A stretch of 64,000 nt of DNA from Eledone cirrhosa (Eukaryota): contig OZ024746.1 of the NCBI GenBank assembly GCA_964016885.1, forward strand, positions 23,126,001 to 23,190,000, read 5' to 3'. Shown piece after piece: positions 52,857 through 64,000 of the stretch. The position numbers and the translations under genes were made by a program. The notes beneath the pieces were generated by a model. That model saw only the letters and a list, made by a program, of their open reading frames with translations. It was not told where the DNA came from and did no database searches. Each line of letters begins with the position of its first letter. Within the stretch, counting starts at the first letter, position 1.

Positions 52857-53281
52857 TCTATATTAGAAAGCTGACGGCCGTATGTATGTAACAAACTTTT
52901 CGCCAAACTGCTGGACCAAAAAGCACCAAATTTGCACCATAGATGTAACTTTTTCCAAGTAAGAAAGTGAGGGCATTTTTGTCTTCTAAATTTCGTTAAA
53001 AGATTAAAGATATTTTATCGTTTATTTAAATATTCATTTCTTAAAAATTTTCAAATGTCAACATTTCCGATTATACGACATTCCTCTCTCTTTCTTAGTC
53101 TGTCGTTTTAGATAGATACATAGCTATAACGACGCGCCCTTATAATATGTTTCTGTATGTCTGGTTGTCTGCATTAGATACATAGCTATAACGTCGCACG
53201 CTTATAATATCTGTCTGCATTGACTTCACTTCTAACCAACTTTTAATTAATTTAGTGCAAAGATGCCACACGCCATCTCAA

Positions 53282-53377
<96 letters not shown>

Positions 53378-54279
53378 GTAATAATAATAAATGTGAAGAC
53401 TAAAATCCAAAGAGGGCTGGATAAGGATAAATATATATCAAATATATAAGAACCCTTATCTTCGCTTTTTTTCCGTTCATTGCCAAAGTATTGTCTTCCA
53501 GTTTTCCTTCGGTTGCAACGTTTTTTTTGTTTCAGAAGATCCCGTTAAGGGTGAAAGCAGCGATTATTTGCTTAAACTTTAATCTGTTATATATATATAT
53601 ATATATATATATATTCGTGTACAGATATTTTTGCATACACAAAAACAAAATATAAACAAACGTATTTATTTCACGAAAGCAGAGACGGCTTATCGTTATG
53701 TGCCAATATGCCACCTAAAAAGTCCCAGCCTGGCCGCAAGATCAGATTTTCCAGAAGAAAAAATATTACTAGAGCAACTGAGAGACTAAGCTTCGCGATT
53801 ACCATCAACAAAGCTCAGGGTCAAACCCTAAAAGTGGCTGGCCTTCATCTGGGAAAACCATACTTCTCCCATGGTCAATTGTATGTAGGATGCTCTAGGG
53901 TGAGCTCGCCAAGCAATCTCTTCATCTTTGCTCCCGAACAAAAATATTGTATACTCTGAGGTTCTAACAATGTAATTTATGTATTTTCTATTACTTGGAA
54001 TTTCCATTATGGTTGTACAAATTATTGTAAAGTTTGTTAAAAAATGTGTTCTCTGTTCAGCCTTTATTGTTGTAACTATCAATTTTCTTTAACGTACTGG
54101 CTGCTGAACTGGAGAATCCTAAACACTATTCAAACACAACATCAGAGCACGTTAACCCCACCCCACCCTCGTTGACTTGAGAGGGCGTGCGGTATCTTTG
54201 CACTGGAGTGGAGGAGGGATTCCTGAAAAGATAAAATGCGGGTATACCTAGCCGGACGCCAGCAGGACGGGCCGGATAG
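52857..54279 (+). mobile_element. Non-autonomous Helitron with Pif1-type helicase C-terminal remnant (~53780-53959)
   Basis: RLSFAITINKAQGQTLKVAGLHL..FSHGQLYVGCSRV. The 5' end is A|TCTATAT and the 3' end is a GC hairpin ccgg..ccgg followed by ATAG|T. Termini are inferred. Confidence 0.7.
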
Positions 54280-55654
54280 TAAAGTATAATTGTCAAAAGT
54301 AATAAAACACTATATATGCTGGACCTTCATCGTTTACAGCTCCTCCTCCACACATGTTATTGTGCATCTGGCACCAACTATACACCAATTTGTTTACACT
54401 TTGCAATTGACCACCGCTGTTTTTATATCAAAGTGGGGTGGGGGGTATCATAACAATTTTTGAGATGTTGAGATGAGCCATGGTGCAGAAAAGGTTGGGA
54501 ACCACTAGTCTACAGTTTCTTCCCTCCCGTTACTGCTTGGAGCTAGCTGAATACATGCCACTCCATAGTCTAACGTTATTACAATGATATCTGCTCCTTG
54601 GAGTTTGCTGAAGACATGCCACTCCATAATGATATCTGCTCCTTGGAGTTTGCTGAAGTCATGCCGCCTCAATTGAGCCAGCCCCGACTAATTTCTCTGT
54701 CTTCTAAACAGCCAGGCTGTGTCCAACAATACCCCATACGCTGCATTAAATACTACACCCAGTCCTTCTTACAAGAACATCGGTTCTCGGGAACTCATTC
54801 CCCTGCTTATGACTCTCCTAAAGAGAGTGAATCTGCAACAATTTGAACACAATTTCTGTGGCATCTATCTTCCTGGGGAGGGGAGGTCTTATGAAATAAT
54901 GGGTATATATGGGAGAAAAATGGTGTTTCGTGGAAAATATTTAGATGCCATACGTGATAGAACCAGCCATGTCAATAGTACTTACACTCGATCATCAATA
55001 ATTTCGAATATTTTAGGAACAACTAGAGGCTGAATATAGTGATTTGTCCTACCACCTGTGGCATATTAAGGAGAGAGAGAGGGGTCTCGTTGGTCGGTAG
55101 TCAGAGACCCCACAATATTTAAAGAGCTCCATTTTTTTTTTTTTTCTAAAATATTATGGAAGGGTCACAATGGGATTTTCAGCTAGATGTTCCATGCAGG
55201 CCTCATCGACTCTTCAGAAACACCCATAAGACGATTTAAATTTTTTTTTTTATATTTTAGGTTCGCCGACACCTTAAAGAAATATATCGACATCTATTTT
55301 AGGAGGTATCCATATATTACGCCATTCCGTCACAGATCCGGCATTGTTTTATTGGTGGCGGTGGCGGGGTTCCGATAAAAAGGCATCGAAGTAAAGGAAA
55401 TAACTCAGGTAAGCCAATGATATGAACTGGTGTAATTCAGGTAAGTGATGAGATACTAAATGACGCAGTTAATTCATTAAAAAATATTTGCGTACGTCAT
55501 TCTGTACATCAGCACCTACCCAAATCATACACACACATTATATATAACCCCTACCTAATAACGCAAATACTCTTGTTGGAAGCGTAACAACTATACAACT
55601 ATTTTGGCAAAGTTCCAAGAGACGGTGGGGCTGTATTTATGTGTGTGCGTGTAC

Positions 55655-55695
<41 letters not shown>

Positions 55696-56000
55696 CACAC
55701 ACATAGAAGAGGGACTGTAAATGGGTATCGTGTGTGTTTCTATATAACGATGATGATAATAATGATGATAATAATAAACAGGTCTTGCTATGAGTATTTT
55801 ATGCAGTGATCATGTCGCAGCTAGCCGTGTGAGGACGACTTCAATGACGTTCACCCATGCGATACTGAAGCAAAAATAAGCTAATGAACACCATCCCATC
55901 AAGTTCACATTAAATTCAACTTAACATTTCTTTATATGCATCATACGCTAAAATCCATATTTTTGCGTATGATGCATGTATATTAAATATTTCACTTCAG

Positions 56001-56143
56001 CTAAGAGTTACGGCCTTTTATGGTCTGAGTTCAAATCCCCCCGAAGTTAACTTTGCCTTTCATCCTTACGGAGTCGATAGAATAAAGTACCAGTAATACA
56101 CTAGGATAATTGCTGGCCTTGTGCCAAAAGTAGAAACAATTAT
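56001..56143 (+). mobile_element. 5'-truncated SINE family 1 with 14-bp TSD
   Basis: atatttcacttcag at 55987-56000 and 56144-56157. Confidence 0.9.
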
Positions 56144-57352
56144 ATATTTCACTTCAGTACCAAATTTGTAAACGTCATTGAAGATGGATATAAACCCTGA
56201 AACACTAGTGTTTGGACATTCTTATACGGCAACTGAGTTAGCTGTGACATGATTACGGATTAATATAGAATAAAGTACCAGTAATACACTGAGATAATTG
56301 CTGGCCAAAAGTAGAAACAATTATATATTTCACTTCAGTACCGAATTTGTAAACGTCATTGAAGATGGATACAAACCCTGAAACACTAGTGTTTGGACAT
56401 TCTTATACGGCAACTGAGTTAGCTGTGACATGATTATAGACTAATATAGAATAAAGTACCAGTAATACACTGAGATAATTGCTGGCCAAAAGTAGAAACA
56501 ATTATATATTTCACTTCAGTACCGAATTTGTAAACGTCATTGAAGATGGATATAAACCCTGAAACACTAGTGTTTGGACATTCTTATACGGCAACTGAGT
56601 TAGCTGTGACATGATTACAGATTAATATAGAATAAAGTACCAGTAATACACTGGAATAATTGCTGGCCAAAAGTAGAAACAATTATATATTTCACTTCAG
56701 TACCGAATTTGTAAACGTCATTGAAGATGGATATAAACCCTGAAACACTAGTGTTTGGACATTCTTATACGGCAACTGAGTTAGCTGTGACATGATTATA
56801 GACTAATATAGAATAAAGTACCAGTAATACACTGAGATAATTGCTGGCCAAAAGTAGAAACAATTATATATTTCACTTCAGTACCGAATTTGTAAACGTC
56901 ATTGAAGATGGATATAAACCCTGAAACACTAGTGTTTGGACATTCTTATACGGCAACTGAGTTAGCTGTGACATGATTACAGATTAATATAGAATAAAGT
57001 ACCAGTAATACACTGGAATAATTGCTGGCCAAAAGTAGAAACAATTATATATTTCACTTCAGTACCGAATTTGTAAACGTCATTGAAGATGGATATAAAC
57101 CCTGAAACACTAGTGTTTGGACATTCTTATACGGCAACTGAGTTAGCTGTGACATGATTACAGACTAATATAGAATAAAGTACCAGTAATACACTGGGAT
57201 AATTGCTGGCCAAAAGTAGAAATAATTATATATTTCACTTCAGTACCGAATTTGTAAACGTCATTGAAGATGGATACAAACCCTGAAACACTAGTGTTTG
57301 GACATTCTTATACGGCAACTGAGTTAGCTGTGACATGATTACAGATTAATAT
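56078..57352. repeat. 181-bp tandem array, 7 near-identical units
   Basis: aataaagtaccagtaatacact recurs at about 56081, 56269, 56450, 56631, 56812, 56993 and 57174. Confidence 0.97.
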
Positions 57353-57496
57353 GCATATAGCGAGACGAATTATGTTTATTATCCACAAGCATGTTGTCTA
57401 TGTTTTCACATACACCTCCATTATATGTGTGTGTATGTGTACAGTGAATGTGGTGTGTGTGTGAGTGTGTATAGAGAATGATAGGGCTTGTGTGGA

Positions 57497-58165
57497 AGTG
57501 GTGTATATATGGTGAGGGTGGTGGAGGTTGTGGTGTATATATGGTGAGGGCGGCGGAGGAGGTGTGGGGGGTATATATGGTGAGGGCGGCGGAGGAGGTG
57601 TGGAGGTATATATGGTGAGGGTGGTGGAGGTTGTGGTGTATATATGGTGAGGGCGGCGGAGGAGGTGTGGGGGGGGTATATATATGGTGAGGGCGGCGAA
57701 GGAGGTGTGGGGGGTATATATGGTGAGGGTGGTGGAGGAGGTGTGGAGGTATATATGGTGAGGGCGGCGGAGGAGGTGTGGGGGGGGGTATATATATGGT
57801 GAGGGCGGCGAAGGAGGTGTGGGGGGTATATATGGTGAGGGCGGCGGAGGAGGTGTGGGGGTATATATGGTGAGGGCGGCGGAGGAGGTGTGGGGGGTAT
57901 ATATGGTGAGGGCGGCGGAGGAGGTGTGGAGGGGTATATATGGTGAGGGTGGCGGAGGAGGTGTGGGGTATATATGGTGAGGGCGGCGGAGGAGGTGTGG
58001 GTATATCTATATGGTGAGGGCGGTGGAGGAGGTGTGGGGGGTATATATGGTGAGGGCGGCGGAGGAGGTGTGGAGGTATATATGGTGAGGGCGGTGGAGG
58101 AGGTGTGGGTATATCTATATGGTGAGGGCGGGGAGGAGGTGTGGGTATATCTATATGGTGAGGGC
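57497..58165. repeat. G-rich ~32-bp minisatellite (tatatatggtgagggcggcggaggaggtgtgggg)
   Basis: Direct reading, about 20 variant units. Confidence 0.96.
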
Positions 58166-58330
58166 AGTAGTAATGCATATACGGTGGTGATAATGGTATA
58201 TAGCTGGTATATATATAGCTAAGTTGGAGGTGGTCGTGTATTGGAGGTGACGTTGGTGTGTGTCTATATATATGTGTGTTTGTGTGTGTGTGTGTGGTAG
58301 TCTATATATATATGTGTGTGTGTGGTAGTC

Positions 58331-58385
<55 letters not shown>

Positions 58386-58469
58386 CATTCTACGTATATC
58401 ATATTACCGTTAATATCTATTGTGGCCTCGTACATTTCGTTCTAAGATTAGTTCGTGAATGAATAATTC

Positions 58470-59745
58470 ACACATACAGACGCACTCCAACACACAGACA
58501 GACGCACTCCAACACACACACACACAGACGCACTCCAACACATACACGCACACAGACGCACTCCAACACACACACGCACACAGACGCACTCCAACACACA
58601 CACACACACAGACGCACTCCAACACACACACACACTCCAACACACAGACGCACCCCAACACACACACACACACAGACGCACTCCAACACACACACACACA
58701 CACAGACGCACTCCAACACACACACACGCACACAGACGCACTCGAACACACACACACACAGACGCACTCCAACACACACACACACAGACGCACTCCAACA
58801 CACACACACGCACTCCAACACACACACACACTCCAACACACACACACGCACTCCAACACACACAGACGCACTCCAACACACACACACACACAGACGCACT
58901 CCAACACACACACACAGACGCACTCCAACACACACACACAGACGCACTCCAACACACACACACAGACGCACTCCAACACACACACACAGAGGCACTCCAA
59001 CACACACAGAGGCACTGCAACACACACAGACGCACTCCAACACACACACACACAGACGCACTCCAACACACACACACACACAGAGACGCACTCCAACACA
59101 CACACACGCACACAGATACACTCCAACACACACACACAGACGCACTCCAACACACACACACACGCACAGACGCACTCCAACACACACATGCGCACACAGA
59201 CGCACTCCAACACACACACACACACACAGACGCACTCCAACACACACACACGCACACAGACGCACTCCAACACACACAGACGCACTCCAACACACACGCA
59301 CACACACAGACGCACTCCAACACACACACACACAGACGCATTCCAACACACACACACACAGACGCACTCCAACACACACACACAGACGCACTCCAACACA
59401 CACACACACACAGACGCACTCCAACACACACACACACAGACGCACTCCAGCACACGCACACACACACACACACACACACGCACTCCAACACACACACACG
59501 CACACAGACGCACTCCAACCCACACACAGACGCACTCCAACACACACACACACACAGACGCACTCCAACACACACACACACACACACACACAGACGCACT
59601 CCAACACACACACACACTCAGACGCACTCCAACACACACACAGACGCACTCCAACACACACGCGCACACAGACGCACTCCAACACACACACACAGACGCA
59701 CTCCAACACACACACACACTCTCCAACACACACACACACAGACGC
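58470..59745. repeat. (CA)n-GACGCACTCCAA compound minisatellite
   Basis: Direct reading. It is the source of the CVCV/HTHT ORFs. Confidence 0.97.
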
Positions 59746-60044
59746 ATACCGAAGCTCAGTAAAAAAAATAAAATAAAAAATGAAATAAAAGACAAACGTG
59801 TCTCACTCTAATGCTGAATGTTGTTGTTTACCTCTAAAGGTGCAACAATAGTCGAATAGTTTAAGATGCTGGCTTCATAGACGTCCTAAGATCAACGCCA
59901 CCTTTGGCATATGTCTTTTTCTGGAGTGTCGGTACACACACATCACATTATAGAACTGTTTCATTCGAAGAAAAGCCATTTCTGTATTAAATGTGTTGTA
60001 TTAAATACCTTTCTCTGGTTACCCCCCGATTGAACCCAGGACTC

Positions 60045-60136
<92 letters not shown>

Positions 60137-60140
<4 letters not shown>

Positions 60141-60552
60141 GATATTAAACAAATGGAAACTATATTTATAAAACCATATTTATTTCACTATACATATTTC
60201 AGGGATACCATATTAAAAATATGGCATGCCTTCTTCAGATAAAATACAATATATAAGCAGTTTTATAAATAAATTTGACGTACCATAAATATTGATCAAC
60301 TTCCATGTGCGAAGTTGGTTTGGTACCAAACCAACTTCGCACTGCTTATATATTGTATTTTATCTGAAGAAGGCATGCCATATTTTTAATATGGTATCCC
60401 TGAAATATGTATAGTGAAATAAATATGGTTTTATAAATATAGTTTCCATTTGTTTAATATCGTATATCTACTCCAAAACTTGTTGAGTGCTTTATATCAG
60501 TTATAAAATATTTACTTGTTGTAACCCAACAATTTTAAATAAAACTTTTGCA
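60137..60552 (+). mobile_element. Family B module with 125-bp inverted duplication, two opposed hammerheads and a 36-bp palindrome
   Basis: Arms at 60137-60261 / 60341-60465. The hammerhead tattttat CTGAAGA aggcatgccatat-tttta-atatggtatccct GAAA tatgtata gtgaaata lies at 60356-60421(+) and 60181-60246(-). Confidence 0.85.
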
Positions 60553-60571
60553 TATATATATATATATATAT

Positions 60572-60764
60572 CTAAGGCGGGTAAAATTCCCGAGATCCAT
60601 GGACGAGTTCTCTCCAGCGGTCTCTGTCCCTCATTATCGCTGCCATGTCCTGCGTCTCCAACAGACCAGTGTCTGTCCTTAGGGCATCAACATACGTTAA
60701 CCTTGGTCTTCCTCTTCTAGTGTGTCCATGTTGACATTGCACTCAGTGCTCCTTTGGGAGCCCC

Positions 60765-60769
<5 letters not shown>
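60572..60769 (-). mobile_element. RTE 3' end with inverted 5' segment
   Basis: 60572-60731 is the reverse complement of 50525-50684, and 60730-60769 is a forward copy of 50489-50528. Confidence 0.88.
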
Positions 60770-60812
<43 letters not shown>

Positions 60813-60861
60813 TCCTGGGTTCAATAGGAGTAACCACAGTAAGGTACATTTATACACATTT

Positions 60862-60914
<53 letters not shown>

Positions 60915-61965
60915 TGTGTATTTATTTATATATATATATATGTATATTATTAGTACAAAACTCCTCCTGGACAGAGTTCAAGACCATCGCACGGTTTAAC
61001 CCCGTGCTATTGCTGGTACTCATTTTCGACTGAGTATACTGGAGCAACGTGAAATGAAGTATTTTGCTCAAGAACACAAGTCACAACCCAGTCCAACACC
61101 CTTACCACTAGGCCACACGCTTCCACTAGCGCGTATGCTGATAGTTAATGTTAGTATATAAAATACTATCAACCAAGCAACCGAAATAACGACATATATA
61201 CATATCTGTACATATATAGTTCAGGATTAACCGAGACTGCGTAATTGTTTTTTTGCAGAATCGGTTAACTATGTACTGTATATATATATATGTGTGTGTG
61301 TGTATGTGTCTACAAACGACAGTCTGTATCCAATAGAAAAAGTAACGTTTATATAATAAGCTATTACACAACATTCACGAAAAATTAGGAATTTTTTGTG
61401 TATGAGTGTAATTATATATATATTAGAGAGGGGGGGTAAGAGAGAGAGAGGAAGTGAAGATGAGAGAGTGAGAGAGAGGATGTGAAGGTGAGAGAGTGAG
61501 AGAGAAAGATGTATGTGTTTGCTTATAAAATTATCTTAGGTTATACAGACAATAAGAGAAGATTGAATCAAACATAATGAGAAAGGAGGTTGGCTAAATC
61601 TATAATGATAAAAGCTAACGAATTCTTAACTTCCAAAAATATTTCACAAGATAGTTAATTGAAGAACTGAGATGGAAATGTCACTGATGGCGGAGATATT
61701 ACACTTTTAATAGTTAATGGTACCCAACCAAGAGAAAAATGGAAGCAAAACAAACGTAAAAAACTAAGAAATTAGTCTGTGGCAGACATAACAGTTACGT
61801 AAAAATATAGTATTTCAAAGATATCTCGAAGTCATCTGAGTACAGAAACTCATAATTAGATGGTTGCTTGTGGAAAAGAGATATTTACTTTAAAATAATA
61901 TTTACGATGGCCTCGCATCTTACGCGGTTTTAAATAATGCGGTTATTTTAACATATGCCATTGGA

Positions 61966-61996
<31 letters not shown>

Positions 61997-62329
61997 ATTA
62001 TACTGGTAAAGATATACAAGATATAGAGCAACTTAAATCTAAAAGACGAGTTTTGTGGTTGAACAAGTTGGCCCTCCGGCTTAATGAAACTTTCGTCCCT
62101 TGTATGGCGCCATTGTAGTAACTAGCATTAATAAATTATATATTAAATTGAAAAAAATAATTGGCGACAATCGCTAAAATATGCCCAATATTCTGAGATA
62201 TACTTAGATATATTTAAAAACTTAAATAAGGCACGGGATTTTATGTATATCCAGTAGGAGATAGTATAAACGTCCTGAAAAATAATGTCTAAACAGTTAA
62301 CGCGTGCATCATTTGTCAGTGATTAAGGG

Positions 62330-62515
62330 AGGGCAATTAGCTGGATCGTTAGAACGTCGGACAACGTGGTCTAAGTTCGAATCCCGTCGAGGTTAGTTTT
62401 GCCTTTCATCCTTACGGGGTCGATAAAAATAAAGTACCAGTAACGCACTGGAGTCGATTTAATCGTATTTTCCTTTCCTCAAAATTGTTGGCCGTAAGCC
62501 TAAATCAAAAACCAT
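62330..62515 (+). mobile_element. SINE family 1 (long form)
   Basis: Similarity to the other copies. Confidence 0.8.
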
Positions 62516-62969
62516 GATAGATCAATGATTCCTGATCTTTGATGCCCAATTGAATTATTGTCAAATATTCATTTCGTATATCTGATTTTGTAAAGGCACA
62601 TGACTTAGTGGGTAGGTTATTCGGTTCACTATTGTAAGGTCATGAGTGTGATTCCCGATGGCGCGGTGTGCCCTTGAACAAGACACTTTATTTCACGTTG
62701 CTCCAGTCCACACAGCTTGCAAAAATGAGTTCTAAGTATAATTCTTAACACTAGTCTTGCCACACTGTCACGTTGAATCACCCTGGTAACTACAGTAGGG
62801 GCACACGTGACTGTGGAATGCTCAGTCATTCACACGTTAATTTCACTACCAGGTTGTCCCATTGACTGAACAATTTGAACAACCTTCATCGGAAATGTCC
62901 AACAACAATAATGTATCTGATTATATGATCGCCTGATAATTATGGATCAGTGATTAAAAGCTGTTAACC

Positions 62970-63271
62970 TAGTGATTCCTACATAGGACGCACACCCCAC
63001 GGGGTGGAGTAATTTGAATATGATAATGAGAATAAACTTCAGGTTTTACCGTTTTACTTTTACCTTATTACTTTACAAGGTAACTTTGGTATATATTACT
63101 GTCGGAAACTCCTGTCTCACCTCCTCCACGCATTTTATTGCGCATCAGAATTTAATTTCATGATTTATTTTTACAAAACTCAATTTATTTTCATATCGGA
63201 GTGAGGGGAATGCATAACATTTTTTTAAATGTTGAAGTGGGGCATGGCACACAAAAGGTTGGGAACCAATG
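62970..63271. mobile_element. hAT (Charlie-type) MITE
   Basis: Ends tagtgattccta / ggttgggaaccaatg with TSD tgttaacc/tgttagcc. Confidence 0.65.
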
Positions 63272-63364
63272 TGTTAGCCAAACAAATACTGTTAACATGG
63301 CTGAAAGTGCAGCATGTAGAAATGAAAAAATCTATAAAAAATAAAATTAAACGCTGATTCCTTA

Positions 63365-64000
63365 GTAAAAACACAAACACTACAAATATTGTCATAAATA
63401 CATACCCTTTAGATTCATATGTAGATATCGTGAAGAGTCATGAGGATCAACAGAAGCCACGGTATGTTCTCTGTAATCAACTGTTGTCCAAGGAAAATAT
63501 GAAGCCAGCCAAACTTCACCAACATTTAGAAATTGAACATAAAAGATATCACAAATCTAGTGGATGTTTTCAAAGAAAACGGCAAGAATATTTTTAAAGA
63601 CAAAATTCTATATTTAAAAAGGAGCAGCTGGCTTTTGATAATAACAATGTTGTTTGTTTCGTGTGATGTGTCACTTAATAGAAAATATTGGAAAGCTATA
63701 CACAATAACAGGAAAAATAATTTTGTTTGTTGTCAAAGCAATTGCTTCTAGAATATATAATGACAAAGTAACAAAGAATTATTATATATTATCTAGGCTA
63801 ACAGCTTTATCAAACACCATTGTGAAGTGGTGAATAGAAGAAATGTTTGATACTGCTAGCAATCTGACAGAGAAAATGTTATTCTTTCCAAATAAATGAA
63901 ACTACGAATGTTTCTAGCTGTGTTGATTTGCTTCCATTCGATGTAACAATTATTGAAGATTTTCTCTTTTGCCAATCATTACCAACACACACTACTGTTG
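63365..64000 (+). pseudogene. Decayed hAT Charlie/Buster-type transposase N-terminus
   Basis: QKPRYVLCNQLLSKENMKPAKLHQHLEIEH (BED-finger region), followed later by QINETTNVS and EDFLFCQSLPTHTT, with frameshifts and stops. Confidence 0.75.

Noticed and set aside
53708-53959. Host PIF1 helicase exon
   Set aside because: Only the C-terminal motifs are present, there is no splice acceptor, and it is bounded by Helitron-like termini.
56078-57352. CRISPR-like array
   Set aside because: Whole units are near-identical with no unique spacers, and the context is eukaryotic.

Overview
Eukaryotic, AT-rich and extremely repeat-dense DNA. The SINE families and microsatellite load suggest a coleoid cephalopod, probably an octopus (inference). 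Only one host coding segment is recognisable: a terminal exon of a TMEM272-like membrane protein (13974-14443). The rest is microsatellites and minisatellites, two tRNA-derived SINE families, a 5S rRNA pseudogene, and fragments of R4/Dong, CRE, RTE, CR1, mariner, hAT and Helitron elements. Most of the supplied ORF track is microsatellite artefact. The most interesting signal is a dense set of type-I hammerhead ribozyme motifs (CTGANGA-helix II-GAAA-palindromic helix III) from several sequence families. They occur at the 3' ends of two Penelope-like GIY-YIG elements, in short non-coding modules inserted in (TA)n/(CA)n tracts, inside long inverted-repeat (foldback) cassettes and, in degenerate form, in every unit of a 181-bp tandem array. 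The best copy (40602-40646) has an intact core inside 109-bp inverted repeats. All calls were made by eye, so boundaries are approximate.
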